A DNA stretch of 63,054 nt, filler included, from Octopus bimaculoides (taxonomy: Eukaryota): assembly GCF_001194135.2 (NCBI RefSeq). It is 5 parts of 5 records of this genome, joined end to end, with 100 filler letters (N's around TTAATTAATTAA, not from the genome) between each part and the next. Parts side by side here need not be neighbours in the genome. Positions count along the whole stretch, not along the records: positions 50,886 to 61,407 come from NC_068985.1; positions 61,508 to 63,054 come from NW_026410328.1; 3 more parts are not named here. The stretch is one strand, 5' to 3'. Position 1 is the stretch's first letter; each line of letters starts with the position of its first letter. The translations under genes were made by a program, and so were the position numbers. Shown here piece after piece: positions 52,744 to 63,054 of the stretch. The notes beneath the pieces are model-generated. The model had not been told where the DNA came from. It did not search any database and was given only the letters and a program-made list of their open reading frames with translations.

Positions 52744-53131
52744 ATGGTCAAGATACATAAAAAATAAACAAGAATCAACCTACCACGATGTAGCCATCAC
52801 AGTACGACGACTTTCGTTCATGATTATATATCCATGAAAGAGATTTGAATTTATCCAGTTGCATCTCAGTAACATGTGCTTATACAGAATAATATTCAGC
52901 ACTGAATATACTCTAATTATTTATAATATAATATAGGATAAATTCTTTATAAGAATAATTAGAGTATATTCAGTGCTGAATATTATTCTGTATAAACACA
53001 TGTTACTGAGATGCAACTGGATAAATTCAAATCTCTTTCATGGATATATAATCATGAACGAAAGTCGTCGTACTGTGATGGCTACATCGTGGTAGGTTGA
53101 TTCTTGTTTATTTTTTATGTATCTTGACCAT

Positions 53132-53209
53132 ACGTGTACTGATGAACAAAAGAATACAGGTTACTTCACAGTTTTTCTGTATTTGATTGAGAAACCAGTG
53201 GTCTACCGT
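53132..53209 (+). ncRNA. Type I hammerhead ribozyme with extended helix II
   Basis: ACG(U)GUA-CUGAUGA(53139-45)-A CAA..GAAUACAG/CUGUAUUU..UUG A-GAAA(53191-94)-CC AGU GG-UC|UACCGU. Position 10.1-11.1 is an A-A mismatch. Confidence 0.75.
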
Positions 53210-54315
53210 TGAGTTAAATGTTTTTAAGAGATAAATTTTGAAAGCTGCATTCCTTCGCTTTCAGTAAATATGTTGCTTATTCTTTTGGTAGTTTTTGACT
53301 TATTTAGTCCCTCGAAGCGTGAGNNNNNNNNNNNNNNNNNNNNNNNNNNNNNNNNNNNNNNNNNNNNNNNNNNNNNNNNNNNNNNNNNNNNNNNNNNNNN
53401 NNNNNNNNNNNNNNNNNNNNNNNNNNNNNNNNNNNNNNNNNNNNNNNNNNNNNNNNNNNNNNNNNNNNNNNNNNNNNNNNNNNNNNNNNNNNNNNNNNNN
53501 NNNNNNNNNNNNNNNNNNNNNNNNNNNNNNNNNNNNNNNNNNNNNNNNNNNNNNNNNNNNNNNNNNNNNNNNNNNNNNNNNNNNNNNNNNNNNNNNNNNN
53601 NNNNNNNNNNNNNNNNNNNNNNNNNNNNNNNNNNNNNNNNNNNNNNNNNNNNNNNNNNNNNNNNNNNNNNNNNNNNNNNNNNNNNNNNNNNNNNNNNNNN
53701 NNNNNNNNNNNNNNNNNNNNNNNNNNNNNNNNNNNNNNNNNNNNNNNNNNNNNNNNNNNNNNNNNNNNNNNNNNNNNNNNNNNNNNNNNNNNNNNNNNNN
53801 NNNNNNNNNNNNNNNNNNNNNNNNNNNNNNNNNNNNNNNNNNNNNNNNNNNNNNNNNNNNNNNNNNNNNNNNNNNNNNNNNNNNNNNNNNNNNNNNNNNN
53901 NNNNNNNNNNNNNNNNNNNNNNNNNNNNNNNNNNNNNNNNNNNNNNNNNNNNNNNNNNNNNNNNNNNNNNNNNNNNNNNNNNNNNNNNNNNNNNNNNNNN
54001 NNNNNNNNNNNNNNNNNNNNNNNNNNNNNNNNNNNNNNNNNNNNNNNNNNNNNNNNNNNNNNNNNNNNNNNNNNNNNNNNNNNNNNNNNNNNNNNNNNNN
54101 NNNNNNNNNNNNNNNNNNNNNNNNNNNNNNNNNNNNNNNNNNNNNNNNNNNNNNNNNNNNNNNNNNNNNNNNNNNNNNNNNNNNNNNNTATATATATGTA
54201 TATATCTCTGTGTGTGTGTGTGTGTATGTGTGTATTTATACATACATACACACACACACACACACATATATATACACTTAGACATACACACGTATCTATT
54301 TATACATACACATAC

Positions 54316-54352
<37 letters not shown>

Positions 54353-55141
54353 TGAGTACATGTGAGCAAATATATGTATATGCATGTTTATACATATATA
54401 TACACTGTATATATATTTATATGTATGCATGCATACATACTTACGTACGTACATACATACATACATACATACACATTCATAAATATGCATATACATATAA
54501 TTTTCCCGATTGGACGAATTAAAATATACCTTATGATGCTCATATGTCTCTAGTTAACACGAATACACACGCACTGACATACACGCACATACAAATTCAC
54601 ACACATTCCCACACGTACACAAACCTATACATGGACCATAGACACATAGCTACAAACATACATATACCAGAAACTGTTGGTGATGTGAGTTTCTGATACT
54701 CGAACTATCAAATCCATCTATCCACCCAGACTTCTTCGCAGGACTAACTATCTCCAGATATCACCTCCACCTCTCCAGCAATCCCCCAACCAAACCATCA
54801 CCCGTTCTATCCACCCTGTTACATAGACATCCGACTCTGCATGAATTCCCTTCCCTCCTCACATCTGTACTTTGAGAAATTGCAAAGAAAATAAACGGAA
54901 ATTAAGATCAAAAGGAAGCACCATTCCCGACGCCCATCTTCACCCCCATCACCGTCGCTATGTTCTTCACCATCCCACTTCTTCGCCACGAAAGACATTA
55001 AGGGCCCTTGGGTGGGGCCGAGGAAGTAATACTAACTATCAGTTAGTAGTATTTTTAATGTCTGTCTGTCGTGTATGTGTATGAGAGAAACAGAGGGTAG
55101 ATTTATACGTTAAAACATACATATTTGTGTGTGTGTGCGCG

Positions 55142-55172
<31 letters not shown>

Positions 55173-55388
55173 TACATTACTATTACTTCATTTCCGTTAA
55201 CTAAACTATCCACTGAATGGGAAGTTGATATTGAAAGCTTTAGTATATAAGAGCGACAATGAAAATAGGTGGTATCGAAACGATACATTCGCACAAACAC
55301 AAATGCATGCCTTTACATATCTATTTCTGTATCTATATCTGTATGTATATATATATATATATATATATACCAACAATATATGAGTATA

Positions 55389-55432
<44 letters not shown>

Positions 55433-56286
55433 CATACCTTCATCTACATGTACATATAGATACATATCTGGGTACATGACGTTGCAAAAGGACATGGACA
55501 AAATGATAAACAAGGTACAACAAACAAGCAGGCCACATAGAGAACATATCCTTATACATACACACATATATATGTTTGTGTGAGAAAACCTTCAAATCGA
55601 GATATGCCTAGGAAATACATTCATTCAAATACGGTGACACACACAACACACCATTATTATCCCACTATATCTGGATACTTAAAAGTAATTACATAACTCA
55701 AGAGCATTCGGTATTTATCTGATAATACATTATAAATTACAAGAGATTTTACTGTTACGTGAGTGATTTCATCACTACGGTTACTTCCGCTTAAATTTAC
55801 CTTTCGATAATTATTCTGAGTAAGAAAACCTGTAGTAATTCACAAAACTTGGAGTGACCAATAAGATTAATGTACATGCTATCAGGTTGAATAAGTCATT
55901 TATTTTAACCCTCACGTTTTATCATAGCCTGAACAAATATTTTGTACGAATGAACATATTCAGTAACATGCGTATTCAGTACTTTTTCCTTTTCGTGAAA
56001 GGAAAACCAATATGCCCGCGGACGCGTGTGATTACATTCATATGTGTGTGTGAGTGTGAGTGCGTAATTTCATTTTAGAATTTCTGGGAGCAACTGTCTC
56101 TGAAGACTCATATTGTCGTTGAATGCTCGGAAGGAGTAGATAGACAGCCGACAACTGGTGAAGGGTCCTTTCTCTGTGTTCACTTGTCCGATTTTCTATT
56201 TTTTTCTCGTTGTTTACTATTTAACTCATTTGTTTACGTATTTCATGTTATTTACACCGTTGGTGATGTCCTGTACCCATATATGC

Positions 56287-56330
<44 letters not shown>

Positions 56331-57139
56331 TAATGAAGGTAGAAATTGAAATTAATCAATTAAAACCAGTGGTCTAGCATATTAAAAAATCCGAGGATTA
56401 AAATTATATTACATACAAAAATAAGAGGAATGACCAGCAAATGTGGATTCCCATATGCTAGAAATAGATGCCGAATCATCTAACCACGAAAGAAATATGT
56501 TCTCAGTAAAAAAATTTTGCGACACAACAGACTGTAAACGGGCAAGACAAATGAAAAAAATACTAAATTAAAAAACGATTAACCATGGTTTCNNNNNNNN
56601 NNNNNNNNNNNNNNNNNNNNNNNNNNNNNNNNNNNNNNNNNNNNNNNNNNNNNNNNNNNNNNNNNNNNNNNNNNNNNNNNNNNNNNNNNNNNNNNNNNNN
56701 NNNNNNNNNNNNNNNNNNNNNNNNNNNNNNNNNNNNNNNNNNNNNNNNNNNNNNNNNNNNNNNNNNNNNNNNNNNNNNNNNNNNNNNNNNNNNNNNNNNN
56801 NNNNNNNNNNNNNNNNNNNNNNNNNNNNNNNNNNNNNNNNNNNNNNNNNNNNNNNNNNNNNNNNNNNNNNNNNNNNNNNNNNNNNNNNNNNNNNNNNNNN
56901 NNNNNNNNNNNNNNNNNNNNNNNNNNNNNNNNNNNNNNNNNNNNNNNNNNNNNNNNNNNNNNNNNNNNNNNNNNNNNNNNNNNNNNNNNNNNNNNNNNNN
57001 NNNNNNNNNNNNNNNNNNNNNNNNNNNNNNNNNNNNNNNNNNNNNNNNNNNNNNNNNNNNNNNNNNNNNNNNNNNNNNNNNNNNNNNNNNNNNNNNNNNN
57101 NNNNNNNNNNNNNNNNNNNNNNNNNNNNNNNNNNNNNNN

Positions 57140-57176
<37 letters not shown>

Positions 57177-57981
57177 GTTACAAAAAGAAAATAGAAACTA
57201 CACGTGCAAATGTAAGGGGAAAGTAAGAAGAAAAATAAGCGAAAATGCACATTGGAAATCATAAAAACGTAAAGGCTTTTTATGAAAAATAACGATAGAT
57301 ATATATACAATTAGATGAACTGAGGTCGGAATAAAAGTAATAAAAGTCATTATTGTGAATTGTTAAAGAGATTCAAAAGCATACCGGTTTCGTAAAATTA
57401 CTGATCACTGGTTTGAATAAACACAGATTACTGAACGGTGTCGGGTCTACTAGTCCTTGAGTAAAAAGATTTGAGTGTAAGGGGGGTAAGTAGTTCTGAA
57501 TTTCGTGCAATTAGAGTTGATATAGATCTGTAATGTGAATGGTGTATGGGATGTATGGGTGGTATTAATAAATAGGTGGTTCTGTATTAAGTTATGTGTT
57601 CATATTGAGTTGTGGAAGATATTTATTGATGAAAGTTGTCTCTTTCATTCTTTGTTGTACTGAGGTGTTCTGTGAACATTGATAGAAGGGGAAAATTAGG
57701 ATTGTATTGTCCTCTCTTTGTCCGATAAATGTTATCATAACAAAGAATATATCTCTAGCAGACGAGGTGTCCAGTACTGAAGGGAGGAAGAAATAACCCG
57801 AAACCAAGACTGGTCTGCTAGTTCCGTTGCTAGAAGGTGGTAGAGGTTCGTTCCTCTGCTCACAATTTATCGGATGTAGCTTTGCATTGTTAACCAGCTA
57901 GCGATGTCCTCTTGGGGTTAAAATCGCTGTAGATTCCATTCGAACAGACAGCCATGCTGAAGTGGCTACGAATATTACGTA

Positions 57982-57990
<9 letters not shown>
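57140..57990 (-). mobile_element. Penelope-like element 3' remnant (GIY-YIG C-terminus) with an inverted, ribozyme-bearing segment
   Basis: 57592-57720 encodes ILIFPFYQ...QRMKETTFINKYLPQLN*, typical of the end of a PLE GIY-YIG domain. 57890-57970 resembles the arms of the 51.6 kb element. Confidence 0.6.
57755..57821 (+). ncRNA. Decayed hammerhead (core lacks C3U4)
   Basis: CUAGCA-GACGA-GGU...ACC C-GAAA-CCA AGAC UGG-UC|UGCUAG. Helix I 6 bp and helix III 3 bp are intact. Confidence 0.55.
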
Positions 57991-58074
<84 letters not shown>

Positions 58075-58434
58075 ATTCATTCCACTTTTCCACTTCTGAT
58101 TATTACTTTGTAATATGATATTGCATATTAATGATAGCATAAACAACAACTCTCTCGCTCTCTCTCCCCGTAACTTAGCGGTTCAGCAAAAAAGACCCAT
58201 AGAATAAGTACTAGGCTTACAAAGAATAAGTCCTGGGGTCGACCTGCTCGACTAAAGGCGGTGCTCCAGCATGGCCGCAGTCAAATGACTATGTCAAAAG
58301 GACGTACATGTGGAATGTATTAATAAATATATATATATATATAATTGTAACTGTAGATGACATCAGGTAGCCTAAACGCTGCAAGTGCTCTAATCGGCAT
58401 ACTCCTAGACATATCCTAAGTCCAAATAATTACT

Positions 58435-58466
<32 letters not shown>

Positions 58467-59066
58467 GAGAGAGAGAGTAAACAATCAACAATGAACTTCG
58501 ACAGGTCAGCCAATATCAGAAATGGCTTTAGCTTTTCATTCTCTCTTCAATTTTTTTCCTTTCGCACCTCTTCTCTTTCTACGTCCCTCTGTCTCCTCTC
58601 TGTCTCTCTCTCTTTCTCTCCCTCTCTTTCTCTCTATCTATCTCTATCTGTCTATCTATCTGTCTAACTATCTATCTATCTATTTATCTTACTAAAGGCC
58701 AACTATTTCAGCACCTTCTTTAATATCGTTCCTACTTCACACATTTAAGGATATCACAGTATATCGGCCAGTATTGAACAGGTAACTGTTTATTCAGCGC
58801 AGTCACTATTCTCAGCTACACATATAAAAACCATAAATTTAACTCTGCACTCTGATAGTTTCGAAATGTGAAAGAAACACGAATAAACTTATAAGTCATC
58901 ATCTAAATAAACAAATATCTAAACCTTTACCACATTTCATTGAATGCTTTGCCTTAAATTGTGGTGCAAGCAGTGTTATCTACATTAACAAGTACGTAAC
59001 TCTATATATACGTACATATGTATATGCGTGTGTATGTATGTATGTGTGGGTATATGGGTGTATGCG

Positions 59067-59112
<46 letters not shown>

Positions 59113-59388
59113 TATATGTGGGTATATACGTATATGTATATATATATATATATATGTGTATACATACATATATATATATACATGTGTGTGTATGTGTGTT
59201 AACAACAAGAAGAATGGAGTGAACAGCTCATTTTATTGCATAATTCTACTTTTCTTTCATTGATGCTCCAATATTATTACACAATATATAGAATAATACA
59301 TCAAACCAAGAATTTTTAAGCAATATTGAAAATATTGAAAATATATCGATTCATCAGGTTTAAATGTGTGTGTGCGCATGTGTGTATT

Positions 59389-59475
<87 letters not shown>

Positions 59476-59892
59476 ATAGTAGCTGTTACGTGATAGCAAA
59501 ATCAACACAAACAATAGTATTCCATCTGGTGAGAGATAAATATAATTTAATAGACACAACATATGTTTTTATGAGCTACTATTAGTTTCATGCGTTAAAA
59601 ACATGCCAGGCGGTACTTTTTAACACGCCTCGTACCTTAGCGCATCTTCAAGCACTGCCTACATGACATAACAGGCTAAAAATAGGACGATAGGATGTTG
59701 GTGTGTTTACGTCCTCATAACTTAACGGTTCGGCAAAACAGACCGATAGATTAAGTACTAGGCTTACAAAGAATAAGTCCTGAGGTCGATCTGTTCGACT
59801 AAAGGCGGTGCTCCAGCATGGCACCAGTCAAATGACTGAAACAAATACACGATAAAGAATATATATACAATTGCCACTAACTATGACTAACT

Positions 59893-60132
59893 GTACGAGG
59901 TAGCACCAACGTTATTAGAAATAAGAGTTTAAAAACCCTTAGCTGCAAGGAAGCAGACTTTCATACACTGACAGGGAAGGTAACCGCTCCACAGGAAATG
60001 AAACTAGACTAGTGTAGTGATCTTGCTTGTTGTGAGGTGGCTATCTCCCCTGTCAGTGTATGGAACTGTACTTTCTTGTGGCTCAGGATTTTTTTAACTC
60101 TTATTTCTAACAATGTAGATGCTACCCTGCAC
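59893..60132. repeat. Imperfect foldback element of about 240 bp
   Basis: ttagaaataagag pairs with ctcttatttctaa; catacactgacaggg pairs with ccctgtcagtgtatg. Confidence 0.7.
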
Positions 60133-60205
60133 CGTCAGTGAAAATTAGTTACAATTGAATTTTTCCTTTTTTGGTTCTATATTGCATATAGCTGCCTTGG
60201 TTATT

Positions 60206-60245
<40 letters not shown>

Positions 60246-60570
60246 TTATCTATCTATCTATTTAATATATGTATACATACTTTATTTAAAAGCAGCAGAA
60301 ATATAACAGAAAGGGAGTTGTTGTTTGTTATGGCTGGTGAGACACTGTTCGTTGGTTTCGCACCTATACAACTAAGCCTTTTATAGGTCCGAAACCAATG
60401 GTCACTCTCTAAACGGCCAAAACAATCAACCTTCTGAATATACTACTGCTCTGTTTTAGAGTGTGTTTCTTTTCCAGGTATATGAATTACTGACAGATAT
60501 ATGTGTGTGTGTGTGCGTCTGTGGGTGTAACAAACTTGTTATCCAGTTGTTTCTTTTTCTTTTCATGTAT

Positions 60571-60607
<37 letters not shown>

Positions 60608-60719
60608 TGTATGTATATATGTGTGTATGTGTGTAGAATAAGAATAAAAAATGAAATGAAAATGTAAAAAAAAAAAAACACATGGTGTATTACGCTGACG
60701 CTCAGGAAACTGAAAGATG

Positions 60720-60757
60720 TCTTTAACGTTTCGAGTGTACACTCTTCAGCGGAAAGG
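60720..60757 (-). ncRNA. Decayed minimal hammerhead (core CCGCUGA), same family as the 30.5 kb copy
   Basis: CUUU-CCGCUGA-A-GAGU GUAC ACUC-GAAA-CG-UU|AAAG. Flanks are similar to 30450-30720. Confidence 0.55.
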
Positions 60758-61347
60758 AATGATGCGGAGAAAGAAAAATAAGGAGAAAAGAACAAGCGTG
60801 TCTCAATAATACGGTCATCCCATGCTGAAATGACCAGAAAAGAAAAAAAATGGACTTGATGCATGGGTGGCAGAGGAACCAACAGTTATCTGACATATAA
60901 TAGTGTGTGAGCAAGCACACGTGAATGTATGAAGCGATATCTACGTGTACACTTTGTGTTTATGCGTGTGTATATATGTGCATGAGCGTGTTTATGAGTG
61001 TGAGACTATGCGACGTATCTCTGTCTATGACGCTATCAGACATGTGTGTGTGTGTGTGTGTGTGTACGTATATATAGAGAAAAGGAGAGGAACAGTAGGA
61101 TAGGGAGATAGGCATACCTTTCCTATATTACATTCCATGAATTAGGGTATATAGAGCCAGATGCCGTTCCCAGTGTACGAGATATTCCACCAAGCTAATT
61201 TCTAGAGGAAATGTTTTGAAATCCTTCCAGCATACAACGCGCTCTAGTCACACACAACACACACAACACACACGCACGCGCAATACACAGACTCACACTC
61301 GCATACGTGTGTGTGCGTGCGCGCGTGCGTGTGTGTATGTACGTGTG

Positions 61348-61379
<32 letters not shown>

Positions 61380-61789
61380 TATGTATATATATATATATAT
61401 ATATATANNNNNNNNNNNNNNNNNNNNNNNNNNNNNNNNNNNNNNNNNNNNTTAATTAATTAANNNNNNNNNNNNNNNNNNNNNNNNNNNNNNNNNNNNN
61501 NNNNNNNCCCTTAACGTAGTTCTCGGGGAGATTCAGCGTGACACAGAATGTGACAAGCCTGGATCCTTTGAATTACAGGTACAACTCATATTTGCCAATT
61601 GAGTGAAGTGGAGCAACGAGATATAGAGGGTCTTGCTCAAGAACAGAACGCACTGCCGGGAATGGAACTCACAACCATGGGCCGAATACCCAAACTAAGA
61701 AGTCATGAACCTTCACACAAACATGCAGTTTACTGTCGTCAAAAAAGTTAAAGTAAATTGTCCTTATAAAAATGAAAGTAAATTGTGAT

Positions 61790-61990
61790 ACTAACCGGAA
61801 GTGACGACAGTGACGTCGGCAAAATTTCATAGAACACGTTTGATATTCGAAGGGTGGGTTTACTATGTAGATATCGACAAACGTCTATATTCTTGAAGTT
61901 GTCAACCATTCGTTGAATTTCGTTGACCCAAACGATGACGTTACAGCTTTCGTTAAGCTATACGTTGAAATAAGCTCCAAAACACATCAC
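61790..61990. promoter_or_regulatory. Candidate promoter-like segment
   Basis: CCGGAAGTG (ETS-type) at 61795-61803, TGACGTC at 61811-17, and local CpG enrichment. No transcript evidence. Confidence 0.25.
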
Positions 61991-62398
61991 ACGACCCGGT
62001 CCGGGAATTGAACTCGCTACTTCGTGATTGTATACACGATGCTCTAATGCGCCTTCACAATTGAACTCACTACCTCATGATTGAGAGCCCGGTGCTCTAG
62101 CACTGAGCTATACGTCTTCACAAAAGAGAATAAAGTATGATTTGAGGGAATGTGGGCTGCTATTTTCGTCACCTCGTACAGATCCTGTCGTAAGCTTTTC
62201 TGCGGACTAATCTGAATGTTTTGTGTGATGAAAATCTGTGCATGTATATCCACATATATGAGTGTTTGTGCGTCAACATATACAAAAGCACATTCTCAAA
62301 CGCATATACTTATTTGAGTTTATGATTTATTCCAGAATAATCCAAGGAAATATTATTGTCACCGGATATATGAATCCACAACTCTTCCATCCATAATT

Positions 62399-62444
62399 AG
62401 TTTGATAAGTGCCAACGCACGAAACTCCCGGCCTTTGGGTCACT
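62399..62444 (+). ncRNA. Candidate hammerhead ribozyme with a U3-A8 core variant
   Basis: AGU-UUGAUAA(62402-08)-GUGC CAAC GCAC-GAAA-CUC..GGG-UC|ACU. Helix I is only 3 bp. Confidence 0.55.
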
Positions 62445-62533
62445 TCGTTGCTTCCGCTAAATATTAATAAGAATATTCATGTGCTCCTATTTCGAGTTCT
62501 ATGTTTCCTGTTTCCATCATTAATTTTTTTCTT

Positions 62534-62600
<67 letters not shown>

Positions 62601-62747
62601 GTTTCTCTGTCTGTCTCCCTATCTATCTACATATACATGCACATAAACATACATACATGTATACATACATATATATATATAATTATACACACACACGCAC
62701 ACACACACACACGCACACACATACATATATATTTATATACATGTATA

Positions 62748-62810
<63 letters not shown>

Positions 62811-63022
62811 GTATACATACATAAGCACACATACACATCTACACAGACACACACACACATATATACATGTATACGCATATATATATGCGTGTGTGTGTGT
62901 GTTTGTGTGTGGTGTCCACGTATTTTTATACATATGTATGCTTGTATGAATGTATTCATACACACACACACACACACATTCACACACATACACAGAGGCA
63001 CATGCACAACCATAAACACACG

Positions 63023-63054
<32 letters not shown>

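Larger units (their letters stand above)
52551..53323. repeat. About 370-bp inverted repeat (52551-52921 / 52954-53323) with a 32-nt spacer; right arm runs into a gap
   Basis: About 99% complementary; only a few substitutions and one indel seen. The spacer duplicates ataatataatataggataaattctttataag from about 52383-52415. Confidence 0.92.

Noticed and set aside
57375-57460. Minus-strand GAAA CCGG UA after a hairpin
   Set aside because: No recognisable CUGANGA or helix I partner.

Overview
AT-rich, microsatellite- and SINE-dense, intron-rich animal DNA with many assembly gaps. The repeat families look like Octopus repeats I recall, so a cephalopod origin is an inference. Two host genes are supported. 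On the - strand are four exons of PPP4R2 (PP4 regulatory subunit 2; 29697-25581), whose 5' exons are not visible. On the + strand are six exons of a class I fructose-bisphosphate aldolase (41697-50785), whose 3' end runs into a gap. A possible orphan terminal exon lies at 578-688. The rest is mobile DNA: tRNA-derived SINE families, RTE-LINE remnants and tails, two dead mariner elements, TTAA/TA/8-bp-TSD MITEs and Penelope-like (PLE) remnants. The main hidden signal is a set of type I hammerhead ribozyme motifs. Three have intact cores (14596-14663, 51874-51918, 53132-53209, the last with a mirror copy at 52666-52743) and lie inside near-perfect long inverted repeats. One is a candidate U3-A8 core variant (62399-62444), and several decayed copies sit next to PLE RT or GIY-YIG fragments. 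All folds were paired by hand; no database search or folding program was run. Most entries in the ORF track are artefacts of N-runs and microsatellites.
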